A stretch of DNA of 64,000 bases from contig JABCTC010000002.1 of assembly GCA_018238545.1 (NCBI GenBank), positions 1-64,000 on the forward strand. The letters are read 5' to 3'. The stretch comes from Candidatus Heimdallarchaeota archaeon (lineage in GTDB: Archaea; Asgardarchaeota; Heimdallarchaeia; Heimdallarchaeales; Heimdallarchaeaceae). Positions 28,447-38,347 of the stretch are shown piece by piece (positions within the stretch are counted from its first letter, which is position 1; each line of letters begins with the position of its first letter). The position numbers were made by a program, and so were the translations under genes. The notes beneath the pieces are model-generated. The model did no database searches and was not told the DNA's origin. It saw nothing but the letters and a program-made list of their open reading frames with translations.

Positions 28447-28859
28447 GCTAAAAAAAAGTAAAAAAAGCTTGCGGGTATTAAAAATATTTATAAGTGAAAT
28501 TACAGCCATGCTGAAGTACGATTCGGGTTGAATTGAAGTCTAGACTACTTATTGGGCGAAATTTGCAAAAAACTGAAATACTCCGATAATCGGAAGATTT
28601 AAAAGGGAAAAGGACACCAAAACATTTATAAGCAGAAAAAATGGGCGCGTTGGTGGGTTGTCTTTAGCATTTTTATGAGGGCTAATCATAAATTAGGGTA
28701 GAGATTCTCACTTAGCAAGAAGAAGTGTAATTGGTATTAATTGCCAATGAAGCTAAATCGCCACCAAGCTTTCTAATCCCCAAGGAAAGCTCAAAACTAG
28801 AAAATATTAGAAAATAATAGAAAACACACTATTAGCCAAATTTACAGGTAGGTCAAGGA

Positions 28860-29807
28860 ATGAGTAAAATACCAGATAAATCATCTCATAGAGAAGAAGA
28901 AGAGGACATTGAGTGCCCTGAATGTGGTAGCATTGATGTTATTCTGGATGAGACTAGAGGAGAGCATATTTGCCGCAATTGTGGTACCGTTGTTCAAGAG
29001 AAATTAATTGATGATGGTCCTGAATGGAGAGCATTTACAGCTGAAGAAAGATCCAAAAGAAGCCGTGTTGGTTCTCCCACAACAATCACCATCCATGATA
29101 AAGGTCTCTCTACCCAGATAGGTTGGGAAGATCGAGACGTTTATGGTAAGAAGCTTTCACCAAAAAGGAGAGCTCAAATTTATCGTCTCAGAAAGTGGCA
29201 AATTCGAACTCGTGTTCATAGTTCTATTGATAGAAACTTAGCTTATGCTATGTCAGAATTAGATCGTCTTTCATCACAACTAGGTATTCCTAGAAGTGTA
29301 AATGAAACAGCTGCAAACATTTATCGTAAAGCAATTGAAAAACGTCTAATCCGTGGAAGATCAATCGAAGCTATGATTGGAGCAACAGCTTACGCTGGAG
29401 CAAGAATTCGTCGTGTTCCCAGAACACTAGATGAAATTGCTCGTCATTCTCGTATTTCCAAGAAAGAACTTGGAAGATGTTATAGATTAATAATCAGGGA
29501 ATTAGATATCAAAATCCCATTAGCTAATCCAACAGACTACATTGTTCGGTTCGCAGCAGAATTGCGTTTAAGCGGTAGAACTGCCAGAAAAGCAGTTGAA
29601 CTTCTTAAAAGAGCTAAAGAGCACAACCTAACAGCTGGTAAAGATCCAACAGGGTTAGCAGCTGCATCAATCTATATTGCAGGTATAACTGAAGGAGAAA
29701 GACGAACACAAAGAGAGATAGCAGAAACAGCAACTGTAACTGAAGTTACCGTAAGGAATCGTTACAAAGAGCTAGTTCGCAAACTCAAAATAGAGGTTAC
29801 AATTTAA
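28860..29807 (+). CDS. tfb: Transcription initiation factor IIB (TFB).
   Basis: N-terminal Zn ribbon CPECGS...CRNCG; B-reader; two cyclin-fold repeats (RGRSIEAMIGATAYAGARI..., TGLAAASIYIAG...). Confidence 0.85.
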   Translation: MSKIPDKSSHREEEEDIECPECGSIDVILDETRGEHICRNCGTVVQEKLIDDGPEWRAFTAEERSKRSRVGSPTTITIHDKGLSTQIGWEDRDVYGKKLSPKRRAQIYRLRKWQIRTRVHSSIDRNLAYAMSELDRLSSQLGIPRSVNETAANIYRKAIEKRLIRGRSIEAMIGATAYAGARIRRVPRTLDEIARHSRISKKELGRCYRLIIRELDIKIPLANPTDYIVRFAAELRLSGRTARKAVELLKRAKEHNLTAGKDPTGLAAASIYIAGITEGERRTQREIAETATVTEVTVRNRYKELVRKLKIEVTI

Positions 29808-29879
29808 TCCTCTTATATTTTTTTATTTTTTGAATTTACTCGTACAAGCTTTTAAATTGAAAAAATTTCATGTAATTCT

Positions 29880-30611
29880 ATGGGAAGCGAAATTAAGGAT
29901 TTTGCAAATCTAGTTCTTAAGAAAGTTCAGGAATTTTCAGATGAAAAACATATAAAAACAGTTGAAGCTTATACTAAAGTAAAGTCAAACTTCAAAATCT
30001 TGGGCTTAAGAGGACCTATTATACACAAGATAGCTAATGAAACTTTTAGGGAGTTAAAAGCAAAAGGCGTAAAAGATGTTGATCAAATTCTAGAATATTG
30101 TGAATTTTTACACGCTTTCAAGATAACTGAACTACGTTCAATAGCTGTAATCTGGAGTTATAAGGCAAAAAAACAATTTCGATTAGAACATTTTTCTATC
30201 TTTGAAAAATGGTTAAAAAATTATGTAACGGGATGGGGGTCGACAGACCATCTTTGTACTAAATCACTAGGCTATATTCTATTTACTTATCCCGAATTAA
30301 TGAAGGAAGTAAAGAAGTGGACAACTTCTCCAAACCAATGGGTGAGGAGATCTTCGGCAGTTGCACTAATTTATGGATTAAGAAGAGAACAGTTTCTTGA
30401 AGATACCTTTGAGATAGCCGATGCTTTGTTTAATGATCAAGAAATGTATGTGCTGAAAGGATATGGTTGGATGCTAAAAGAGGCTTCAAATAGTCACAGA
30501 GATGAAGTATTTAACTATGTTATGACGAGAAAAAAGAACATGCCAAGAGTTGCTCTGAGATATGCAATTGAAAAAATGCCTCAGGAAATGAGGAAAGAAG
30601 CAATGAGCTAA
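29880..30611 (+). CDS. DNA alkylation repair protein (AlkD/AlkC-like HEAT-repeat glycosylase family).
   Basis: WGSTDHLCT...NQWVRRSSAVAL resembles the conserved W-x-x-D-x-x-C ... WVRRxA core of the DNA_alkylation family; all-helical; 243 aa. Confidence 0.5.
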   Translation: MGSEIKDFANLVLKKVQEFSDEKHIKTVEAYTKVKSNFKILGLRGPIIHKIANETFRELKAKGVKDVDQILEYCEFLHAFKITELRSIAVIWSYKAKKQFRLEHFSIFEKWLKNYVTGWGSTDHLCTKSLGYILFTYPELMKEVKKWTTSPNQWVRRSSAVALIYGLRREQFLEDTFEIADALFNDQEMYVLKGYGWMLKEASNSHRDEVFNYVMTRKKNMPRVALRYAIEKMPQEMRKEAMS

Positions 30612-30697
30612 TCTTCCTGTTTTTTATAGTCTATGGTAACCATCTCTCTTTTCAAAGAATTTAATAATCATTTTTCTTTTGAAAGTTTTAGATATAG

Positions 30698-32221
30698 ATG
30701 ACCGAAGAAAGATTAATGGATAAAATAATCGATGTTTGTCTTAGAAGAGGGTTCATAAGCCCTGCAGCTGAAATCTACGGAGGAGTCGGGGGATTTTACG
30801 AATATGGACCATTAGGTACATTGATGATGCAGAAAATAATTGATCTCTGGAGACAAATATTTGTCTTAGATGATGATAGAGTATACGAAATAGCTGGTTC
30901 AGTACTTCTGCCAGAATCGGTATTTCAAGCCTCTGGACATCTAGATTCGTTTGAAGATCCACAAGTTCAATGTAAAAGTTGTAAGTCAATGTTCCGTGCG
31001 GATGAGATAATTTCAGATGCAGTAAATATAAAAGCCGAAGGTCTTCCACTTGAAGAATTAGATAAAATTGTTGAAGATAATAATATCAAATGCCAGAAAT
31101 GTCAAGGAGATCTTGATAAAGCCAAACAATTCAACTTAATGTTCAAAGCTGAAGTTGGTTCAACTGGTGGAATTAATGCTTATCTTCGCCCCGAAACAGC
31201 TCAAAACATATTCATTAATTTCAAAAGATTAGCCGGTTTTATGAGAAACAAATTACCTTTTGGTATAGCTCAAGTTGGGTCAGCTTTTAGAAATGAAATC
31301 TCTCCACGAAACTTCATCTTAAGAGTTAGAGAATTTCAACAGATGGAAATTGAGATGTTCTATGATCCTGATAAAGAGAATGAACATGAACATTATGAGG
31401 AAATACGCGAAATTGAAGTCAACCTCGTTACTCGCGAGATGCAAGAAAAAGGCTGGACCAAACCTTTGAAAATTACTATTGAAGAAGGATTGGAAAAGAA
31501 ACACATTCCAAACCAGTACATGGCTTTCTTCATGGCAATGGAAACAGAAATGTTGAAAGTTCTAGGAATACCTGAAGATGTCTTCTGGTTTAGACATATG
31601 CAAGATCATGAAGCACCTCACTATTCTGCTGGTAATTATGACCTTGAAGTAGATTTATCCATCGGTCACATGGAAATTATTGGAAATGCTCTAAGAACAG
31701 ATTACGATTTACAGAAACATGCAAAAGCTTCAGGTACTTCGTATGAGATAGTAGCGGATAACAAGAAAATCGTTCCTCATGTCGCTGAGCCATCTCTAGG
31801 TGTAGGAAGAATACTATATGCAATACTTGAAAAGTGCTATCAAGATGATGGAAGAGGCTGGACTTGGTTCAAGTTTCCTTCAACAATCGCTCCCTTAGAA
31901 GTAGCCGTTTTTCCACTTATGAAAAAGGATGGTTTAGCTGAATATGCCTACGATTTGCATCATGATCTAAAAGATGCAGGATATCTATCGTTCTATGATG
32001 TCAGTGGAAAGATAGGAAAGAGATACGCACGAGCAGATGAAATAGGAATACCTTATTGTGTTACAATAGATTATGATTCTTTGAAGGAAGGGTCTGTGAC
32101 TATTCGAGATAGGGATACAATGAAACAAATTAGAGTTCCTGTAGAAGATCTAGAAGTAGTAATAGGCGAATTAAGTGAAGGAGAAGCTAAATTTGAAGAG
32201 TTTGGAGATTTTCTCCCATAA
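30698..32221 (+). CDS. glyS: Glycyl-tRNA synthetase, archaeal/eukaryotic alpha2 type.
   Basis: Class-II motifs (FRNEISPRNFILRVREFQQMEIEMF...), LRPETAQNIF, C-terminal anticodon-binding domain; 507 aa. Confidence 0.85.
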   Translation: MTEERLMDKIIDVCLRRGFISPAAEIYGGVGGFYEYGPLGTLMMQKIIDLWRQIFVLDDDRVYEIAGSVLLPESVFQASGHLDSFEDPQVQCKSCKSMFRADEIISDAVNIKAEGLPLEELDKIVEDNNIKCQKCQGDLDKAKQFNLMFKAEVGSTGGINAYLRPETAQNIFINFKRLAGFMRNKLPFGIAQVGSAFRNEISPRNFILRVREFQQMEIEMFYDPDKENEHEHYEEIREIEVNLVTREMQEKGWTKPLKITIEEGLEKKHIPNQYMAFFMAMETEMLKVLGIPEDVFWFRHMQDHEAPHYSAGNYDLEVDLSIGHMEIIGNALRTDYDLQKHAKASGTSYEIVADNKKIVPHVAEPSLGVGRILYAILEKCYQDDGRGWTWFKFPSTIAPLEVAVFPLMKKDGLAEYAYDLHHDLKDAGYLSFYDVSGKIGKRYARADEIGIPYCVTIDYDSLKEGSVTIRDRDTMKQIRVPVEDLEVVIGELSEGEAKFEEFGDFLP

Positions 32222-32271
32222 AATAGTACGAACAGAAAAGAATAAAAAGAAAGGAAAAGGAGAAAAGAACG

Positions 32272-32418
32272 ATGACTAAATATATCTGTCAACGATGTAA
32301 AAATGAGATAACTCCAAGTGAATTAAGATTACTACCTGGAGTTAAATGTCCAAAGTGCAGCAACAGGATCTTGTTAAAACAAAGAAGTCTTATCGCAAAA
32401 CCTGTAAAAGCTAGATAA
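32272..32418 (+). CDS. rpoP: DNA-directed RNA polymerase subunit P (RpoP/Rpb12 homolog), 48 aa.
   Basis: MTKYICQRCKNEITPSELRLLPGVKCPKCSNRILLKQR: CxxC-x15-CPxCxxR zinc ribbon with the conserved LPGV...CP.C..RIL pattern. Absent from the ORF track because it is shorter than 60 aa. Confidence 0.6.
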   Translation: MTKYICQRCKNEITPSELRLLPGVKCPKCSNRILLKQRSLIAKPVKAR

Positions 32419-32466
32419 TTTTTGCAATACTTTTTATATTTCTCTTGTCATAATTAAGTTGATTAT

Positions 32467-32763
32467 ATGCCAAGATCATGTAAAGTATGTGGGAGCGGAA
32501 ATATAAGTTTAATATGGAGCAATCGATGGGGAATAACAGGATATTGTTCTTTTAGATGCAGTATGATAGGAAATGTTAACTATAATTTTGCTATTGCAGT
32601 ATTTCTTGGTATAGTAGCTATATCTTTGATACTTATAGCATTAGTTATCCCAAATCCAGAGCCTAAAGCATTAGCATATGGTATAGCCGCAGGTGCGATA
32701 TCTATTCCACTATCATTTTTAAGTGCAATTGGTTTCTATTTCAAAAGACAAGATAGATATTGA
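32467..32763 (+). CDS. Hypothetical Zn-ribbon plus two-TM small membrane protein.
   Basis: CKVCGS...CSFRCS followed by two hydrophobic helices. Confidence 0.35.
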   Translation: MPRSCKVCGSGNISLIWSNRWGITGYCSFRCSMIGNVNYNFAIAVFLGIVAISLILIALVIPNPEPKALAYGIAAGAISIPLSFLSAIGFYFKRQDRY

Positions 32764-32803
32764 CAAAACTTTATTGGAAATCAATGCACAAAATCTTCTC
32801 ATG

Positions 32804-33226
32804 TTAATACTCAAATTTTAGATTCTTCGTGAATGTATACCCTTGTAGCTGAAAATGAAATTCTATAAAATAGATGATATTCTCATTAAAAGAACATCTA
32901 AGGAAAATAGTATGAGTCTCATTTACAGGAATAAAAAATGGAATAATTTCTACACTTTCGTTATTGTATACTCCTAAACTTATACATGGATTACTTGAAA
33001 CACTAACTAAAGTAATAGATGCGTTAAGACAAGTGATATTCACAGGTAAATCCAACAGATCACCACTAGCACTCTGCAACTCCCCTATTTCAAAAACAAC
33101 TGTTGGTTCTTGAAAGTTGTTTCCTCCAGGCAAAAGTAGAACGATAGTTGTGACGATTCCCCCAATAGTTATCATTGTGAGAATAATATAAATTGCTTCT
33201 CTCTTAGTCATTATATTACGTTTCAC
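32804..33226 (-). CDS. Hypothetical signal-anchored extracellular protein.
   Basis: N-terminal TM (IYIILTMITIGGIVTTIVLLL) followed by a ~100-aa beta-rich domain with N-x-T/S sequons. Confidence 0.3.
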   Translation of the reverse strand: MKRNIMTKREAIYIILTMITIGGIVTTIVLLLPGGNNFQEPTVVFEIGELQSASGDLLDLPVNITCLNASITLVSVSSNPCISLGVYNNESVEIIPFFIPVNETHTIFLRCSFNENIIYFIEFHFQLQGYTFTKNLKFEY

Positions 33227-33291
33227 AATAGTACAATAGAATAAACACTTTTACACTTTTCTATGAGAATTAATTGTTTTGAATGCATAGT

Positions 33292-34902
33292 TTATTCTAG
33301 GATTTCAATTATCTCTCCTTTAACTAATTTATCACTTAACATCTTTGATATCTCTACTTTAGCTACTCTTCCTAGTAACTTCTCTTCGGATTCAATACTG
33401 ACAGCAGGACCACTATATAATGGATAACAAATGTAAGTATTTTCTCTTACTTTGTCTTTTTCAGCTATTATGACTTCTATCTTTTTCCCTATCATTTGTG
33501 TTTTCTTGTGTTTATTGAAATTTATGATGGCTTTTTTCAATTCTTCACGTTTAACCTTCATCAGATATCTGTCATGAGTGATTTTAGCTCCTGTTACAGA
33601 AAAAGGTGAATTAGGTAAAGGTAGATAGCGATAAACAGTTATTTTTTCTGCAAAATCTACCAACTCCTTTTCAACAACTTTTCTTGTTATATCAAGAGAT
33701 TGTACTGTCTCTCCTGGTAAAGAATGTATAAGATATATTTGTGAATTAATTCCATTCTCAACAAACATTTTTGCTGCTTCTAAAGCTTTGCTCGGACTGG
33801 ATGGTCTCCCAATTTTATTACTGAGTATCTCATCGAAAGTTTCGCAACCTATACTCACAGCTGTCTTGGGAAGATGTTTCCCTACAATCTCAGCGATTTT
33901 TGGAGTAACTAGGGGTGGTTTAATATTTTCTATTGCAATACTACATTTGTGTTTTTGTTCATCTCGAATTTTTGCTAATGTTGACAATAATTCCTCTATT
34001 TTTTCTATGTTAGCTGGTGGATAAGTTGGAGAGTATATTGGTTTATTATTCGGTTCTCTATAATAATCAAGGAAGCCAGGAGCCGATAAGATGATTTTCC
34101 TTACACCCTTATTTAGAAGTGCTTCTATCTCGTTTTCAACCTGCTTTATTGGCTTACTTAATGGTGCTCCAAAAGTTGCTGGAACACTGCAAAAACCACA
34201 ACCTGGAGGAATATCCTCAGGACAATCACCATGTTTGATGGTATCTATGTCGTCACAGTTTCCACAATTACTGCAACCTCCTAAATCTCTTACTGTTTCC
34301 CCTCTATAATGATTAGAACACCCTCTTACTAATTCGACATAAACCTTAGAAAACCAATAATCTGGATAATCTGTGATATTGCCAACAGAAGGTTTGAATT
34401 CGTCAAATGCATTGAGTTTTTTCTTGTTTTTCTGTTCTATTAGGAATGATTTTCCTTCTTTAGTCCAAAAATAATCATCTTTGCTCTTATCTTCAAGAAA
34501 TGCGTTTGCTGAGAAATCATTTTTGATTAGATCATCTAAAACCCACTCTCCTTCACCTACTATACCAAGATCAATTTCATTTGTGAACAAAAATTCAGGT
34601 TCTGATAAAATCGGTCCACCAAGAATAATCATGCTTTCAGCATTTTTTTCTCGTATTTTTTTTAACGCTCGCTTTACTGCTATTTTGTCAACTGACATTG
34701 CACTAATTAATATTGTATCGGAATCATAAATTTGTGATCCCATCTTCCCCTCAATGATATCTTCCACCCGAGCAATTTGTGAATCTATATTATTCTTCAA
34801 ACAGATTCCTGCTAATAGCCGTGGTCCAACACCTATTGCATCGCGAGAAAATCTTCTTCGTCCTTCATTAGCTGCTAAAGCATCAATAATTAATATGCTC
34901 AC
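33292..34902 (-). CDS. Radical-SAM-like enzyme with an N-terminal B12-binding-like Rossmann domain and a C-terminal TRAM domain. The Cys motif is atypical and interrupted.
   Basis: N-terminal ILIIDALAAN...ILISAMS...MIILGGP (B12-binding-like). Core: VRGCSNH, a Cys-rich ~40-aa insert (CSNCGNC...C), then GCGFCSV. C-terminal TRAM-like beta-barrel (KKIEVIIAEKD...VAKVEISKM). Confidence 0.45.
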   Translation of the reverse strand: MSILIIDALAANEGRRRFSRDAIGVGPRLLAGICLKNNIDSQIARVEDIIEGKMGSQIYDSDTILISAMSVDKIAVKRALKKIREKNAESMIILGGPILSEPEFLFTNEIDLGIVGEGEWVLDDLIKNDFSANAFLEDKSKDDYFWTKEGKSFLIEQKNKKKLNAFDEFKPSVGNITDYPDYWFSKVYVELVRGCSNHYRGETVRDLGGCSNCGNCDDIDTIKHGDCPEDIPPGCGFCSVPATFGAPLSKPIKQVENEIEALLNKGVRKIILSAPGFLDYYREPNNKPIYSPTYPPANIEKIEELLSTLAKIRDEQKHKCSIAIENIKPPLVTPKIAEIVGKHLPKTAVSIGCETFDEILSNKIGRPSSPSKALEAAKMFVENGINSQIYLIHSLPGETVQSLDITRKVVEKELVDFAEKITVYRYLPLPNSPFSVTGAKITHDRYLMKVKREELKKAIINFNKHKKTQMIGKKIEVIIAEKDKVRENTYICYPLYSGPAVSIESEEKLLGRVAKVEISKMLSDKLVKGEIIEILE

Positions 34903-35006
34903 ATGAACCCCTTGTAATCCTTTTATTTAAATTATTTTCTCAACTGGATACGAAAAGATATCTTTCAATGACAAAGTATAAGAAGTATAATTCTTTCTTT
35001 GTAATT

Positions 35007-35327
35007 GTGTCAGAAGACGAACTCTGCGATATTTGTGGATTACCAAAATTAGATTTGTGTGTTTGTGAAGAAATAGCAAAAGAAGAACAAATTGTTCGAG
35101 TTGTTATGGAAACCCGGAAATGGGGGAAGAAGTACACTGTTATAACTGGAATTGACCCTCAAGAGGTTGATCTTAGTGCTCTAGCCAAGAAACTTAAAAC
35201 AAAATTTGCTTGTGGTGGAACTGCTAAAGAAGGCAGAATTGAATTACAAGGAGACCACAGACATAAAGTTAAGGACCTTCTTGCTAAATTCGGCTACCCA
35301 ACTGATAATATTGAAGTACAATTCTAA
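35007..35327 (+). CDS. Translation initiation factor aIF1 (SUI1 family). Proposed GTG start at 35007; the track ORF starts at the ATG at 34968.
   Basis: SEDELCDICGLPKLDLCVCEEIAKEEQ...ACGGTAKEGRIELQGDHRHKV matches archaeal SUI1 (CGLPKELCVCEEIAKE...CGGT...IELQGDH). The extra 13 N-terminal residues from the ATG have no counterpart in aSUI1. Confidence 0.75.
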   Translation: MSEDELCDICGLPKLDLCVCEEIAKEEQIVRVVMETRKWGKKYTVITGIDPQEVDLSALAKKLKTKFACGGTAKEGRIELQGDHRHKVKDLLAKFGYPTDNIEVQF

Positions 35328-35332
35328 ACAAG

Positions 35333-35596
35333 GTGTCCTATATAACAGCTAATGATGAAGAACCTTTTGAAGAAATTTTTGGAGAACCTAGTGTTCGTAG
35401 GAGATCTATTAGAGAAACCCTTACCGTGTGTCCAAAATGTTTCTCACCATCTAAGATGACTCCTGGATTTTTTATAGCCTCCAGCTACAGTTGTGAAAAT
35501 CCAGAATGCAATTGGACTGGAACTCTAGCTATTGAAGTTGATAGAGAAGATTATAAAGAATTTTTGGAGAAACAAGGTCGCAAACCCATGAAGTGA
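35333..35596 (+). CDS. Small Zn-ribbon protein, hypothetical.
   Basis: CPKCFS...CENPECNW; 87 aa. Confidence 0.35.
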   Translation: MSYITANDEEPFEEIFGEPSVRRRSIRETLTVCPKCFSPSKMTPGFFIASSYSCENPECNWTGTLAIEVDREDYKEFLEKQGRKPMK

Positions 35597-35650
35597 AAAT
35601 CTGCGAAACATAAGATTTATCTAATATGTCAAATAAATTGACCTATCACG

Positions 35651-36487
35651 ATGAATACAGCTATTGTAATAGATACAAGCAGAGAGATTCCTGACCAATG
35701 GTACAGTCTCTATAATATTTACCCACTAGGTTATGTTATCGAAGATAGCTCTGGACAAAAACATATAGAGAGAACGCAAATTCAATCTATTAGAACTCCT
35801 GAACTAATCAAATTGGTTTGTGAGGATAGAAATTCTAACCTCTTAGCTCCCAGCATCAAAGATTATGTTGAGCTTTATACCTATCTTTCTGAAACTTACG
35901 ATTCCATAATTAGTTTACATTCTTCTAACATTACTCCTGCTGTTTTCGAAAATGCTTTAGTAGCTAAGAAACTTGTTTCCGAAATTGACATTGATATCAT
36001 CGATTCTCATACATTTGGCGCTTCTTCAGGTATTTTCGTAGAAGAACTAGCTAAATTTGTCTTGGAAGCTAAAAATATCAATGAAATTCGTAAGGAAGCA
36101 ATCAGCCTAAACAAGCATATAAGTTCTATAATCCTTTCGAAGAATGATCAGTTGAACACTATTGGTCTTCGAAAAGGCAATTGGCAAACCGCTTTTGTGT
36201 CATCTTTCCGTCCATATGTTTTATATCAAGAACTATATGGTAGATGGGAAACTGTCAAACGAGGGAGAAATATCAAATCCTTTGTAAATGAGATAATCAA
36301 ACGGGTAGAGATTGTTAATCGAGCTAAGGAAATTAAAACAGCTTACATCACTCACCATGGATCTTTATCTAAAAATGCTAGAAAAATAAAAGATATTGTT
36401 TCTCATACAAATATTGTTGAAACTAGCCCATCTCTTGTTACACATTATCTTTTAGGAAAGAATTACATTGATTTTGCATTTCTCTGA
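35651..36487 (+). CDS. DegV-family protein (fatty-acid-binding FakB-like), paralog 1.
   Basis: N-terminal aIVIDTSreIP motif and HSSNITPAVFENALVAKK (DegV hLSS.lSgty region). More divergent than the two paralogs at 39.3-41.2 kb. Confidence 0.5.
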   Translation: MNTAIVIDTSREIPDQWYSLYNIYPLGYVIEDSSGQKHIERTQIQSIRTPELIKLVCEDRNSNLLAPSIKDYVELYTYLSETYDSIISLHSSNITPAVFENALVAKKLVSEIDIDIIDSHTFGASSGIFVEELAKFVLEAKNINEIRKEAISLNKHISSIILSKNDQLNTIGLRKGNWQTAFVSSFRPYVLYQELYGRWETVKRGRNIKSFVNEIIKRVEIVNRAKEIKTAYITHHGSLSKNARKIKDIVSHTNIVETSPSLVTHYLLGKNYIDFAFL

Positions 36488-36490
36488 TTT

Positions 36491-37285
36491 CTACAATCGA
36501 TAAAAATCTTTTACATTTTTAGTAGTGATATAAGCCAAATCTTTCTCCTCGACTTCGAGCATCTTTGCAGCTTTACGACATAGAATTGGTATGCTGGAAG
36601 GATCATTCTTTTCTCCTTTCTCCAATGAATGAAAAGGACTATCTGTTTCAAACATTAAACTATCCAATGCTACAGCTTTCAGTGTTTTTTGAAAATTCTT
36701 TCTATAAACAGCGCTGGTAGGTACAGTTATGTACCAAGATAATCTTGATATCTCCTTTGCTTGTTCTTCAGTTCCTCCAAAACAATGCATTAAAACCTCA
36801 TCTGCTCCCATTTCCTTCAAAATATCTATCGCTTTTTCTTCTGCCGCGCGTGAATGAATTACTAATGGTTTATCTAATTCAATTGAGAAACCAATTAATT
36901 CTCTGAAAAATTCTTCTTGTTCCTTTCGCTTCTCATCTTCCTTAACCCAATGAAAATCGAGCCCTATCTCTCCTATTGCAACAGCATTATCAATATTCTC
37001 TAGATGGAATTTTTTAAGCTCTTGAACTCCTTCTTCTGTTATTTTTGATGTATCTAATCCAACAGATAGATAAACTCCCGGCAAATCCTTTGTTTTGAGA
37101 CCAAAATCATAATATTTTGATTCTATTGCACTGTTAATAATGTATTTTACACCACTTGCAACTGCTTTTCTAGTAAGTTTGACTACTTCTTCATATTCAA
37201 ACCATTCTGGAACTAAGTGGCAATGTCCATCAGCGTAAACCATTTCAGAGGTTCTTTCAATGTTTATATTAGCATCTGACTGCAT
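36491..37285 (-). CDS. TatD-family metal-dependent hydrolase/DNase.
   Basis: YADGHCHL N-terminal His pair, internal HxH (VLMHCFGG), C-terminal ETDSP motif typical of TatD. Confidence 0.65.
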   Translation of the reverse strand: MQSDANINIERTSEMVYADGHCHLVPEWFEYEEVVKLTRKAVASGVKYIINSAIESKYYDFGLKTKDLPGVYLSVGLDTSKITEEGVQELKKFHLENIDNAVAIGEIGLDFHWVKEDEKRKEQEEFFRELIGFSIELDKPLVIHSRAAEEKAIDILKEMGADEVLMHCFGGTEEQAKEISRLSWYITVPTSAVYRKNFQKTLKAVALDSLMFETDSPFHSLEKGEKNDPSSIPILCRKAAKMLEVEEKDLAYITTKNVKDFYRL

Positions 37286-37325
37286 TAAATTCCCGAAATA
37301 GTAGTGTGTTTTTTCCTATATAAAA

Positions 37326-38300
37326 TTATAGCAGATTATCGGCGAAAAACTTTAACATTTTAATTCCTCGAATTTCTCGGTCAAAGGCGTCAACAGAAGT
37401 TAAATTGTCCTTCCCAAAAACTGATTCAATATATTTTATATTTTCCATATGCTCCATACGTCTATGTGAACAATATTGACAATTAGGGTTATCAGGATTT
37501 ATCATATTTACAACAACGAATTTATGTGCAATCGAATGAGAATCTAGTTCCTCAACAAGTCTTTCAGTTTCAAATATACTCATCATTGTTGGTATCATTA
37601 CTTTAACGAATTGTGTTCTCTCCTCATCCATAAGCAGATCTCTTGCTATGAGCACTTTTTCTTTCATAATCTCTAAATTCTCAATTGTGTTATCTTTTTC
37701 TCCCTTTGCACCAAAAAGAGACTTCATCATGGTCATCGCATTAGAAAGAAACGAGCGCATTTTCAGCATTCTCCCAAGGAATGAATCTAGGAATTCTGGA
37801 ATATTTAGAAGTCTTAGAGTATGTCCTGTGGGTGCTGTGTCTAGAATAATTGTATCATATGAATCATCATCTGCATACTCAAGAATTTTCGCAAAAGATA
37901 AGGCTTCATCCATCCCTGGCTGTGGCATAGATTGCATATCTTGCCCCAACCCCTGTATTTCCGATAATCCTGGAATGTTTGTTAAATCTGAGAAATCACT
38001 GGAATCCATTGGTTTTCCTATTACTTTTGAGATTTCATCTCCTGCTTTTTCAGGGTTAATTTCCAAAGCATATAGTTCACCTTTTATTCCTTCAACCTTC
38101 TCAATTTCTCCACTAGAGAAATCTAAATCGAATGAATCGGAGACGCTGTGAGCAGGGTCTGTAGAAATGATTAGAACTCTTCTACCGCTTTCTGCTAGAG
38201 AGATAGCTAGGGATGAAGCAACACTTGTTTTCCCTACTCCGCCTTTCCCTCCAACTAAAATGAATTTAAGATCCATCTCTAAAAGATTAGTAAGTGCCAT
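37326..38300 (-). CDS. Get3/ArsA-family ATPase (homolog of the tail-anchored protein targeting factor).
   Basis: Deviant Walker A GGKGGVGKTS; TDPAHS switch region; ILDTAPTGHTLRLL; CQYC CxxC dimer-zinc motif characteristic of Get3. Confidence 0.75.
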   Translation of the reverse strand: MALTNLLEMDLKFILVGGKGGVGKTSVASSLAISLAESGRRVLIISTDPAHSVSDSFDLDFSSGEIEKVEGIKGELYALEINPEKAGDEISKVIGKPMDSSDFSDLTNIPGLSEIQGLGQDMQSMPQPGMDEALSFAKILEYADDDSYDTIILDTAPTGHTLRLLNIPEFLDSFLGRMLKMRSFLSNAMTMMKSLFGAKGEKDNTIENLEIMKEKVLIARDLLMDEERTQFVKVMIPTMMSIFETERLVEELDSHSIAHKFVVVNMINPDNPNCQYCSHRRMEHMENIKYIESVFGKDNLTSVDAFDREIRGIKMLKFFADNLL

Positions 38301-38347
38301 TGTTTTTTCTAAATAACAGCTATATATAAAAATAGAGAAGAAAGTAA

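Noticed and set aside
34968-35006. ATG at 34968 as the SUI1 start, as in the ORF track.
   Set aside because: The 13 extra residues have no counterpart in archaeal SUI1. An in-frame GTG at 35007 gives an N-terminus (MSEDELCDICGLPK) that aligns with aSUI1 orthologs. The ATG is kept as an alternative.
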